Shown: positions 20,240 to 28,895 of the stretch, in pieces
Position numbering within the stretch: position 1 is the stretch's first letter
How the letters are laid out: every line of letters starts with the position of its first letter
DNA from: an uncultured Patescibacteria group bacterium
GTDB lineage: Bacteria; Patescibacteriota; Microgenomatia; UBA1400; PJMF01
Length of the DNA: 64,000 bases
Assembly (NCBI GenBank): GCA_905478415.1
Contig: CAJQIG010000001.1
Span: 245,892 to 309,891, forward strand
Direction: 5' to 3'
Program-made: the position numbers and the translations under genes
Notes under the pieces: model-generated
Told to the model about the DNA's origin: nothing
The model's database searches: none
The model's input: the letters and a program-made list of their open reading frames with translations, nothing else

Positions 20240-20269
20240 AATACATATGAGCAACTACTCATATGTATT
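20240..20269. promoter_or_regulatory. ArsR/SmtB operator
   Basis: Perfect 12-6-12 inverted repeat AATACATATGAG-CAACTA-CTCATATGTATT just upstream of the repressor. Confidence 0.8.
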
Positions 20270-20345
20270 TATGTTACTACAGCGTAGGGGAAGTGTCAAA
20301 CTAATATCGGGAGAGATAAGAAGTAGCCTTATTTCACACAAGTAA

Positions 20346-21086
20346 TTATTGGCTTAAAGCTCCCTCAACAAGCCTTTTTAGTTCTTCATAATCCCTTGGG
20401 TTTTGTAACTTTTTACCGTTTAAGAAAAGAGTAGGAGTAGAATTGACTCCAGCCTTTATGCCACTACTATAATCATTTCTAACTTTATTCTTTACTTCCT
20501 TTGATCTCACATCTGTTTTAAACTTTTCCATATCCAGATTGAGAGACTGGGCGTATTCGGCAAAAATATCTTTAGCATTTCTTTTCTCCGACCAATCTGC
20601 CTGTCCCTCAAAAATTAGGTCGTGCATTTCCCAAAATTTTCCCTGCATGCCAGCGGCTTCTGCCGCAAAAGCTGCAGGTTCAGCATTACGATGCGTCTGT
20701 TTTAAAGGAAAGTGTCGATATACAAACTGAACTCTATCACCAAATTCTTGATTTAATTGCTTAAGAAGTGGGTAATAACGACCACATGCCGAACACTGAA
20801 AGTCACCATATTCTACTACTAATATTTTTGATTCACCGTTGCCTTTAGTTTGGTCAGAAACAGCAACAGCATCAACTGCCAAAACAGGTTGATTTGGAGT
20901 TGAACTGTTACTTAGCCTGAAGGCAAAAATAACTGCAACAACTCCCAAGAGAATGGCCGACCAAAGACCAATTTTTTTAATTTGTTTTTGGCTCTCTCGT
21001 TTTTCGCGCGCCTCTTGTTTGAGTTGCTTTTTTAGCTCTCTACGCTCTCTTTTAGTAAGTTGTTGTGGTTGATTTAGTTCTTCCAT
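20346..21086 (-). CDS. DsbA family thiol oxidoreductase
   Basis: TM anchor, EYGDFQCSAC, YRHFPL, GVNSTPT. Confidence 0.9.
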   Translation of the reverse strand: MEELNQPQQLTKRERRELKKQLKQEAREKRESQKQIKKIGLWSAILLGVVAVIFAFRLSNSSTPNQPVLAVDAVAVSDQTKGNGESKILVVEYGDFQCSACGRYYPLLKQLNQEFGDRVQFVYRHFPLKQTHRNAEPAAFAAEAAGMQGKFWEMHDLIFEGQADWSEKRNAKDIFAEYAQSLNLDMEKFKTDVRSKEVKNKVRNDYSSGIKAGVNSTPTLFLNGKKLQNPRDYEELKRLVEGALSQ

Positions 21087-21088
21087 AA

Positions 21089-21301
21089 TTATCCTCTCTT
21101 ATTTGTGTATGCTATTAAATGTAAAACAAAATAAAATCCCAGCAATAGCCATCCTATGGCAACAGGAACAAACACATTTCCAACAATATAGTGCTGTAGA
21201 ACTATCACAAATCCTCCTCCTCCTGCAGCGTGTGCTAAATTGGCTAAAATGATATGTTTTGACCAAAACGAAATTGCTTGTTTAATCATGGTTATCACCA
21301 C
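21089..21301 (-). CDS. Small 2-TM membrane protein
   Basis: Hydrophobic ORF tightly packed in the operon. Confidence 0.6.
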   Translation of the reverse strand: MVITMIKQAISFWSKHIILANLAHAAGGGGFVIVLQHYIVGNVFVPVAIGWLLLGFYFVLHLIAYTNKRG

Positions 21302-23198
21302 CTTTCCTTATACTACCTGATACTCTCAAACCATTTCCTATTGCAAGTAGTTCTCCTACCTCGTGAACAGTAACTGCAATAGCAATTGTCATAGCCCCAA
21401 TGAGTGCTGACGGAATGAGTACTACTAAAAGTAAAAGCGAGAATATGATATTTTGTCTGCTGATATTTCTTGCTTTTTTACCCAACTCAATTGCGTATGC
21501 AACTTTGCTTATATCATCACCCATTAGGGCAACGTCAGCGGCTTCAATAGCTGCGTCGGTTCCTGCAGTGCCCATTGCTATACCAACTGTTGCGGTAGCC
21601 AATGCAGGGGCATCATTAATGCCGTCTCCAACCATCACCACATCTTGATGTGTTTTTTTCAACTCATTGATGACCGCTATTTTATCTTCTGGTTTAAGAT
21701 TTGCTTTGATAGTATCAATACCTAACTCTTTGCCAATTGCTTTAGCTGTTACCTGATTGTCACCAGTAAGCATGGCTATCTTTATTCCCATTTTATGAAG
21801 TTTTTCTATGACTTGTTTTGCTTGAGGACGAATTTCATCTCTGACAGCAATAGCTCCTAGCAATGTATTCTTAGTTCCAACATAAATGACGGTTTTCCCA
21901 TCCTGACGTAACTTTTCAACTTTACTGACAAATACTTGATCTACTTCTGTAAATAATTCTTGCTTACCCACTTGAATAACCTGTTTTTCAATAGTTGCTA
22001 CGGCACCTGCTCCAGTTAAAGCTTTGAATTCTACAGCTTTTTTTATGATAACATTCATTTCTTTGGCTTTTGAAATAACTGCCTTGGCTAATGGATGTTC
22101 TGAATACTGTTCAACACTTGCTGCTAACTGAATTATTTCTACTTTTTTTCCTTTGACTGCTTCTATGTCTGTCACCACAGGTTTGCCAAGCGTTAATGTT
22201 CCTGTCTTATCAAAGGCTACTGCCCGAGTTTTTCCCAAGTTTTCTAAATGCATGCCGCCTTTAACCAGTACGCCATTTTTTCCAGCTGTTCCAATACCTG
22301 TAGCCACAGCAACAGGCGTGGACATTACAAGCGCACAAGGTGCAGCTGCAACCAGAAATACAATTGCTCTTACTGCCCATATAGAAAATGAAGCTCCAAA
22401 AAGTGAAGGAATAACTAGAAGGAGTAATCCAACTAAAAGCACAATCGGAGAATATTTTTTTCCAAATTTTTCTATAAATACCTGTGCTTTACCTTTTTTA
22501 TCCTGAGCTTTTTCAACCATGTGAACCATTTTTGAGAGAGTATTGTTTGCAAAAATTGCAGTTACTTTGATTTCCAAAACACCTTCTTGGTTAATCGTGG
22601 CCGAAAAAACTTTCATACCCGGATTCTTCTCAACAGGTATTGATTCTCCGGTAACAGGTGCTTCGTTAATACTGGAAGATCCTTTGACAATTACCCCATC
22701 GGTTGGTAATGATTCTCCTGGGCGTACAATGAATATATCGCCAATCTTTAGCTCTTGTGCTGAAACAGTAATTTCTTTTCCGCTTTTAAGTAACCGTGCC
22801 TCTTTAGGTGCAAGATCTAAAAGTTTTCGAATTGAAGAACGGGTTTTGGCGAAAGTATATCCTTCTAGGCCTTCTGCCGCACCGTAGATAAACACGAGAA
22901 GTGCCGCTTCTTCCCATAAACCTAAAACTCCTGCTCCAACTGCTGCGACCAACATCAAAAGCTCTATACCAATTTCTTTTTCTTGGATAAGCTCTTCGAG
23001 TCCCTCTCTGGCCCAAAAGAAACCACCTATTATGCCTGCTGTAATATAGAGAAGAGTTGTAAAGTATTCTGGGATAATACTAAAACGAGACAAAAGAAGC
23101 GAAGTGCCAATAATCGATCCTGCAACTAAGGCGTTGCGCATCTGCGGATAGGTGTACCATTTATACTCAGTAGTTATTTGTTTTTCGTCTTTTCCCAT
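21282..23198 (-). CDS. Heavy-metal P1B-4-like ATPase (Zn/Co/Cd)
   Basis: APC in the metal-binding TM, DKTGT, GDGINDAP, HEVGE; no N-terminal metal-binding domain. Confidence 0.85.
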   Translation of the reverse strand: MGKDEKQITTEYKWYTYPQMRNALVAGSIIGTSLLLSRFSIIPEYFTTLLYITAGIIGGFFWAREGLEELIQEKEIGIELLMLVAAVGAGVLGLWEEAALLVFIYGAAEGLEGYTFAKTRSSIRKLLDLAPKEARLLKSGKEITVSAQELKIGDIFIVRPGESLPTDGVIVKGSSSINEAPVTGESIPVEKNPGMKVFSATINQEGVLEIKVTAIFANNTLSKMVHMVEKAQDKKGKAQVFIEKFGKKYSPIVLLVGLLLLVIPSLFGASFSIWAVRAIVFLVAAAPCALVMSTPVAVATGIGTAGKNGVLVKGGMHLENLGKTRAVAFDKTGTLTLGKPVVTDIEAVKGKKVEIIQLAASVEQYSEHPLAKAVISKAKEMNVIIKKAVEFKALTGAGAVATIEKQVIQVGKQELFTEVDQVFVSKVEKLRQDGKTVIYVGTKNTLLGAIAVRDEIRPQAKQVIEKLHKMGIKIAMLTGDNQVTAKAIGKELGIDTIKANLKPEDKIAVINELKKTHQDVVMVGDGINDAPALATATVGIAMGTAGTDAAIEAADVALMGDDISKVAYAIELGKKARNISRQNIIFSLLLLVVLIPSALIGAMTIAIAVTVHEVGELLAIGNGLRVSGSIRKGGDNHD

Positions 23199-23201
23199 AA
23201 T

Positions 23202-23525
23202 TTAATACCTGGTACATTCAAACAGTTCTTTTGAATGTTGACTAATAATTTTTCTCGCTACTTCAATTACTTCCCCTACTTCCTCGCCCGAAAGTTGGTA
23301 AAAAATGTTTCGCCCATCTTTACGCTTTTTAACAAGTCCACAACCAAAAAGACATGATAAATGCATAGAAACGTTTGGTTGGGAAAATTCTGTTTCCTGA
23401 ACAATTTCGGACACAGTCTTTTCTTTCTCAGAAAGTAATTCTAAAATTGCCAGTCGTGAAGAATCACCAAAACTTTTGAAGAGCTTAGCTTCTAAATTTA
23501 ATTGAGTAAAATCTAATGACATCAT
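23202..23525 (-). CDS. ArsR family repressor (CmtR-like)
   Basis: SQPNVSMHLSCLFGCG and a C-terminal Cys. Confidence 0.85.
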   Translation of the reverse strand: MMSLDFTQLNLEAKLFKSFGDSSRLAILELLSEKEKTVSEIVQETEFSQPNVSMHLSCLFGCGLVKKRKDGRNIFYQLSGEEVGEVIEVARKIISQHSKELFECTRY

Positions 23526-23531
23526 ATCAAT

Positions 23532-23551
23532 ATATCATTACTTACTGATAT
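23532..23551. promoter_or_regulatory. Putative ArsR operator
   Basis: ATATCA-N8-TGATAT immediately upstream of the repressor start. Confidence 0.55.
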
Positions 23552-23640
23552 GATAAAGACTCAATAATTAGGTATATATATCTAAACCTAATAGATTCCA
23601 ATAAACTTATTGACCTAATTAAAGTTCATTAAGATAATTG

Positions 23641-23844
23641 CTACTCTTTTTGTTTGGGCGGACACTTACTATCTGCATACGAACAAAATACACAACAATC
23701 TCCTTGTTTTGGCTTGAGTATCTCCCCACAATGGATACATTTATAAAAATGTTGACAAGCATCAGTGGGCATACTAACTTCTTGAGATTTATTACAAAAA
23801 GGGCACTTCAGATTGGTTTTTATTTTTGTGTTTCTTCTAAGCAT
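23641..23844 (-). CDS. GDCCVxC-motif small Cys-rich metal-binding protein
   Basis: CPFC, MPTDAC, CIHC, GDCCVFCSY, CPP. Confidence 0.8.
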   Translation of the reverse strand: MLRRNTKIKTNLKCPFCNKSQEVSMPTDACQHFYKCIHCGEILKPKQGDCCVFCSYADSKCPPKQKE

Positions 23845-23862
23845 TATTCCTCCTTATAGTTG

Positions 23863-25296
23863 TTACTTTTCTACTATAACAACCGTTAACATACCTGCTT
23901 CAGCATGCTCTAAAATATGACAGTGACTAACCCAAGTCCCTTCATCCAAGGGGACTACTCCTATATCAATAACCTCCTTCGATTTAATCAAAACAGTATC
24001 CCTCAAATATGGTTCATCTACTGGTTGACCATTTCTTGCAAGAACTTTAAAGAATTGTCCATGTAAATGCATAGGATGCAGCCTTGAAGAAACATTTGTA
24101 AAACGTATCACATTAAATTTACCTTTTTTAAGGGTAATTGGGTCGTAATCTGGATATGCCTTACCATTTATTGTCCATTCAATACCATATTTTCCACCTC
24201 TTCTAGCATCTAAAACATACTCGTGATCAATTTTTAGTGCATTAGTAGTACTACTCCAATCTGGGAACATAGCAGCTACAGGAATATTAAAGGACTTTAC
24301 TTCATTACTAACAGCTCCATCTACTAAAATATTAACTAGGTTATTAGTTTCTCTAGTAAAGGTATCACGAATACGATAGGTTTTTTTTTGAGATACTTGA
24401 GGAATTCTAATATCAACATCAACTCTGTTTCCAGGGGCAATTTCAAATCCTTGTACTGCAAACGGTTCTTTTGCAAGCATACCGTCTACTGCAAAGCCTT
24501 TTATATCTAAAGCACCAAAATCAAGTTTGTAAATTCGTGCATTTGAAGTATTAACAAATCTCAACCTCAATCTTTCACCTGCTTTAGCATCAATAGTGTA
24601 ATTCGGCATACCATTAACTGTAATAATATTACCCCAACGGCCATCATGCATTAAATCTCCACCAGTATTAAAACGTGGATCAATTTGTCCACTCTGGTCG
24701 ATTCTCCAATCATCCAACACTATAATTTTATCTTGGTCATATTTAGGCTCAGTAGGGTCTTCTACAACAATAGTTCCATACAAGCCTCTTTCTACCTGCT
24801 CACTCCCTCTAACATGAGGATGGTACCAAAAAGTACCAGCATCTTTAGGAGCAAACTCATAGACAAAACTTTCGCCTGGCTTAATAGGCTCTTGAGTTAC
24901 ACCGGGTACTCCATCCATTGCATTAGGAACCCTTATTCCGTGAAAATGTATTGTCGTCTCTTGTGGCAGATTATTTGTGAAGTTAATTTTAAGAGTATCT
25001 CCTTTTTCAACACGAAGTTCAGGTCCAGGCACTTGCCCATTATAAGTCCACACATCAAGATCATCACCTTCAAAAAAGTTTAATTTTCCTATCTCGGCAG
25101 ATAAAGTAAACTCTTTAACTACCCCTGTAGTTTCAATATCTTCTGGGTATGCTGCCCCAAAGTTTGGCAAATATCCTCCATTTATATTCTGATTAATGAC
25201 TTTTATTACAGTAAAAGATAGTAAAAATAAAGCAATTATCAAAAAACTGTATTTGAAAAATACTTTTATTGAATGTTTTTGACTGCTACCTATCAT
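23863..25296 (-). CDS. Multicopper oxidase (copy 1)
   Basis: HFHG, WYHPH, HPMHLHG, HCHILEHAEAGM. Confidence 0.92.
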   Translation of the reverse strand: MIGSSQKHSIKVFFKYSFLIIALFLLSFTVIKVINQNINGGYLPNFGAAYPEDIETTGVVKEFTLSAEIGKLNFFEGDDLDVWTYNGQVPGPELRVEKGDTLKINFTNNLPQETTIHFHGIRVPNAMDGVPGVTQEPIKPGESFVYEFAPKDAGTFWYHPHVRGSEQVERGLYGTIVVEDPTEPKYDQDKIIVLDDWRIDQSGQIDPRFNTGGDLMHDGRWGNIITVNGMPNYTIDAKAGERLRLRFVNTSNARIYKLDFGALDIKGFAVDGMLAKEPFAVQGFEIAPGNRVDVDIRIPQVSQKKTYRIRDTFTRETNNLVNILVDGAVSNEVKSFNIPVAAMFPDWSSTTNALKIDHEYVLDARRGGKYGIEWTINGKAYPDYDPITLKKGKFNVIRFTNVSSRLHPMHLHGQFFKVLARNGQPVDEPYLRDTVLIKSKEVIDIGVVPLDEGTWVSHCHILEHAEAGMLTVVIVEK

Positions 25297-25311
25297 TAAT
25301 TTTTACCCATC

Positions 25312-25743
25312 TTATTTTTCAAGTTCCTCTTTTAATAATTTCAGTTCTTTAGTGGTATTATTCAATGCTCTTAATAGTTTACTTTCAACTTCTATGGCAA
25401 TTTTGGAAATTTCTAAATTGCTTGAAAGAGTTAAAGCAGCAGTCGGCTTCATCATACTAATAAAAGTGCTTCCATTTTCTTCGTACAAAATTACATTACA
25501 CGGAAGTAGTAACCCTATCTCTTTTTCAGCTTGTAGTGCTTTATAAGCATTTGGAGGATTACATGCTCCTAGTATCATATACTTAGAATAATCAATATTT
25601 AGCTTTCTTTTCAGTGTTTCTTGAACATCAATTTGAGTAAGAATCCCAAAACCTTCTTGATTTAATGAATCAACTATTGATGCCAAAGCGCTAGAAAAAT
25701 CACCTTGGTATTTTTTTGTTATGTAATATGTTGCTTTTTTCAT
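25312..25743 (-). CDS. DUF302 protein (copy 1) with chimeric C-terminus
   Basis: GFGILTQID, ILGACNP, IGLLLPCNV; last 11 aa match the SRPBCC gene end at 47148. Confidence 0.85.
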   Translation of the reverse strand: MKKATYYITKKYQGDFSSALASIVDSLNQEGFGILTQIDVQETLKRKLNIDYSKYMILGACNPPNAYKALQAEKEIGLLLPCNVILYEENGSTFISMMKPTAALTLSSNLEISKIAIEVESKLLRALNNTTKELKLLKEELEK

Positions 25744-25757
25744 ATTTTTATTATCCT

Positions 25758-25929
25758 TTATATTTTATATTTTTCTGAGTCATCTTCAAAATGAATTCTA
25801 CAATTATCTGAATAGAAATAGTATTTTTTGACTCAAGTGTTGAAATACCTCTCTGGCTGTACAGCTTTTTTGTTGCCAAACATAACTCACTACCCCTTGT
25901 TCAAGAGGTCTCAAAGAAATTTTTTTCAT
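25758..25929 (-). pseudogene. Chimeric remnant: 5' of a CopY/BlaI gene fused out of frame to 3' of a YHS gene
   Basis: MKKISLRPLEQGVVSYVWQQKSCTAREVFQHLSQK resembles the protein at 54433-54801; KYYFYSDNCRIHFEDDSEKY resembles the protein at 50839-51042. Confidence 0.8.
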
Positions 25930-25930
25930 A

Positions 25931-25944
25931 CCTACGAGTGTAGG
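25931..25944. promoter_or_regulatory. CopY/BlaI-type operator (copy)
   Basis: CCTACGAGTGTAGG, identical to 54803-54816. Confidence 0.75.
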
Positions 25945-26134
25945 ATGTACACTCTCAAAAAACAAGAGTTGTATTTTCTCTCTTGCCTAGATCCAGAGTA
26001 CTGATATAATCTGATACAATTTACTACCATAAGTAAATGTTATAACAAAGGCTGCCCACTTTAAGAGGTAGCTTTTTTTGTAACAACTGATATGCCTGCC
26101 AGCAATAAGATTAACATCGTTGAAAGGGTTGTAT

Positions 26135-26467
26135 ATGAAAAAATTAGTATTCCTCCAAAGTCTAGTACTCACTTCGTTAGTAATGGCTTCACCAGTCTTT
26201 GCTCAATCTGCAGAAGTTGGTCAAATTCAATCCTTTATCCAAGAAGTTATTCAAATTATGGTTACTCTCTCGGGATTCATTGCAGCTGGTTTTATTGTTT
26301 GGGGTGGAGTTGGATACATAACTAGTTCTGGAAATCCAGAAAGCTTAGAAAAATCTAAAAAAACAATTCTCTATTCAGCCATTGGTCTTACTTTAGTCTT
26401 GAGTGCTTTTGTGATTTCAAACATGGTTAGCCAAGTTGCAACAACAGCTTTTGGTTCAGGGATGTAA
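26135..26467 (+). CDS. TrbC/VirB2-like pilin
   Basis: Signal peptide ending VFA, two TMs, YITSSGNPESLEKSKKTI motif. Confidence 0.75.
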   Translation: MKKLVFLQSLVLTSLVMASPVFAQSAEVGQIQSFIQEVIQIMVTLSGFIAAGFIVWGGVGYITSSGNPESLEKSKKTILYSAIGLTLVLSAFVISNMVSQVATTAFGSGM

Positions 26468-26492
26468 TTTAGATAAATAAGGGATAACAATA

Positions 26493-27794
26493 TTGATGAG
26501 CAAAGTACTTACAGGTATATGGACAGCTACACTTACATTCTTTCTATTTAGTTCTCCTGTTTTTGCTCAAAGTACCAACCCTGACATTATTCAATACACT
26601 ACAGATACATTACAAATAATAACTTTAATCGCGACCGCATCAGCGGTCTTTTTTTTAGTTAAAGCAGGCTATGTCTACATGACTTCTGCTGGAAAACCAG
26701 AAGCTTTAGAGTCAGCCAAAAAGACCATTAAAAACGCAGTTGTTGGACTCACTATCGTCTTAGCTGCTAATGTTGTTACCTCAGTATTCCAACACGCTTT
26801 TGACTCACAAAATAGTCTTGGTAGTGGCACACCTGTTGATCTGGTCACTATCCAAACTGTTGAGCCAAGTGAGGGTTTAACTCAGGTCTTGATTGACGCA
26901 GTAGCTGGATTTATCCAAAACATTGTTGAAAGCTCTACTGAACCAGTTGTAAATGGAGTATTTGGTTATCTAACAACCACACCAACTCTGCTTGATAACG
27001 AAGTAGTGCGTAATTTTTGGTTTATTACTGTTGGGATAGTGGATGCTTTATTTATCTTAGTTGTGGCTCTAATGGGACTACAAGTTATGAGTGCTAGTAC
27101 TTTTGGCTTTGAAGAAGTTGAAATTAAACAACTCCTGCCAAAACTAGGTATAACTTTTCTTGGTGCGAATATTTCTTTATTCCTGGCTGACTACGCCATC
27201 ATTACCTGTAACACCTTAGTGAAAGTAATTCTTGATTCCACAGGCGGACTCAATCACGCATGGATAGAAAGTGCTTTTAATCCTACTGCTGTCATTACTG
27301 GAACCACACCACTAATTATTTTAATCTTCATGGTTTTGTTTTTAATTGTCTCGATTGTATTACTCCTGATGTACATTAGTCGCCTTATTTTTATTTCCCT
27401 TGGTGCAGTTTTATCTCCATTTATCTTTTTACTCTCTGCTTTGCCTAAATTTTCAGACTTTGCATTTATTGCAGTAAAGACATACCTTGTGAGTGTTTTT
27501 ATAGTGTTTGTTCATGTGGTTATTATTCAATTGGCTAGCTCGTTTTTAACTCTTCCAGATCATAGCGAGAACTCGCTTATTTCTATTGCAGTGGGAATTG
27601 GATTGTTTATTACTTTACTCAAAACCCCAAACCTGATGATGCAAATGGTTATGTATACCTCAAATTCTGGAGCGATGAAAAAACTAGGAAACCAGATTAT
27701 TAATGTTATGACTACAGACAATGCATCTGTTGCTAGCAGAGCCCAGGCTCAAGGCACAGCCTCCAAATTAACAAGAAAGGCAATAAAACTATGA
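26493..27794 (+). CDS. Pilin-domain/VirB6(TrbL)-like polytopic membrane protein
   Basis: N-terminal pilin-like repeat (YMTSAGKPEALESAKKTI) followed by multiple TMs; position in the transfer operon. Confidence 0.7.
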   Translation: MMSKVLTGIWTATLTFFLFSSPVFAQSTNPDIIQYTTDTLQIITLIATASAVFFLVKAGYVYMTSAGKPEALESAKKTIKNAVVGLTIVLAANVVTSVFQHAFDSQNSLGSGTPVDLVTIQTVEPSEGLTQVLIDAVAGFIQNIVESSTEPVVNGVFGYLTTTPTLLDNEVVRNFWFITVGIVDALFILVVALMGLQVMSASTFGFEEVEIKQLLPKLGITFLGANISLFLADYAIITCNTLVKVILDSTGGLNHAWIESAFNPTAVITGTTPLIILIFMVLFLIVSIVLLLMYISRLIFISLGAVLSPFIFLLSALPKFSDFAFIAVKTYLVSVFIVFVHVVIIQLASSFLTLPDHSENSLISIAVGIGLFITLLKTPNLMMQMVMYTSNSGAMKKLGNQIINVMTTDNASVASRAQAQGTASKLTRKAIKL

Positions 27795-28303
27795 GAAGCC
27801 AAGTAATACCTGCTCAAATAACCACAGTGGAAGATAAGATTGCGGGTAATTTTAGTTTAACTCAAATAATGTTACTACTCTTACCAGTTTTAATTGCCTC
27901 GTTTATCTATGCTTTCCTACCTCCAAGTATGAACTTTGTAATCTACAAGCTTGTTTTAGCAGGAATCTTTGCTGTTTTGAGTATTACTTTAGCCATTCGA
28001 ATCAAAGGCAGAATTATTGCCAGCTGGCTAGTAGTTTTATTTCGATATAACCTGCGACCAAAGTACTATGTTTACAGCAAAAATTCAGTAACTCAAAGAA
28101 AAATCATCAAACCTAAACTAGAAAAAGTTGTAGAAGAGAAAGATTTTGATGTTATTGAAACTAACAAGACAAAAACTCTAACTCCAAGTCTTAAAGATCT
28201 TCTTCAAATCAACCATATTCTCAACACCACAGACTTTAATTTAATCTACCGAACTGGAAAGAAAGGAGGACTTAATGTGGCTTTTGAAAAAATCTCTAAA
28301 TAA
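27791..28303 (+). CDS. PrgI/VirB3-like protein
   Basis: IPAQITTVEDKIAG, two TMs, upstream of VirB4. Confidence 0.75.
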   Translation: MRSQVIPAQITTVEDKIAGNFSLTQIMLLLLPVLIASFIYAFLPPSMNFVIYKLVLAGIFAVLSITLAIRIKGRIIASWLVVLFRYNLRPKYYVYSKNSVTQRKIIKPKLEKVVEEKDFDVIETNKTKTLTPSLKDLLQINHILNTTDFNLIYRTGKKGGLNVAFEKISK

Positions 28304-28895
28304 AATTAGCTCTCGGAACCAAATTGCTATCAAAGAGGTACGTGATGGAATTTTAGTTTTACCTAACAACAAGCATCGTTTAATTATTGAAACCTCATCG
28401 GTAAACTTTGAGCTCAAAAGTGAGGTTGAACAAGATGTGCTGATTGATAGCTTTCAGACCTTTCTAAACTCATTGCCTAGCCAACTTCAAATCTTGATTC
28501 GTATTCGTGAAGTTGATATTGATCAGTATGTTGACTCTATCGAAATACTAAAACAAACAGAAAACAATCCCAAATATTTGGAACAAATTGATGACTACAC
28601 CCAGTTTATTAGGCAACTTGTATCTGGAAATAAAATATTATCTCGAAAATTCTATATTGTGCTCCCATATAAACCAAATAATAACAAAAACGCCTTTGAT
28701 CTTGCCAAAACACAACTAACTTTGACACAAGATATGGTGATAAAAGCTTTAGAAAAACTAGGCATGAAAGCTAGAACTCTAAGTAGTCTAGAAGTACTCA
28801 ACCTCTTCTATAGTTTTTATAACAAAGACCAAATCAAAACTCAGGAACTTAATCAAACAATTATGAAATCACTTTTACAACATAACTATGTTTAA
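28275..28895 (+). CDS. VirB4-associated (TraC N-terminal-like) protein
   Basis: SSVNFELKSEVEQD, FLNSL, RKFYIVLP; precedes the ATPase. Confidence 0.7.
   Translation: MWLLKKSLNKISSRNQIAIKEVRDGILVLPNNKHRLIIETSSVNFELKSEVEQDVLIDSFQTFLNSLPSQLQILIRIREVDIDQYVDSIEILKQTENNPKYLEQIDDYTQFIRQLVSGNKILSRKFYIVLPYKPNNNKNAFDLAKTQLTLTQDMVIKALEKLGMKARTLSSLEVLNLFYSFYNKDQIKTQELNQTIMKSLLQHNYV

Noticed and set aside
23641-23844. Selenocysteine recoding in the GDCCVxC protein or MsrB
   Set aside because: All motif positions are ordinary Cys codons with no in-frame TGA.
25987-26134. c-di-GMP or other riboswitch before the pilin gene
   Set aside because: No consensus motifs found; only a terminator-like hairpin, reported separately.
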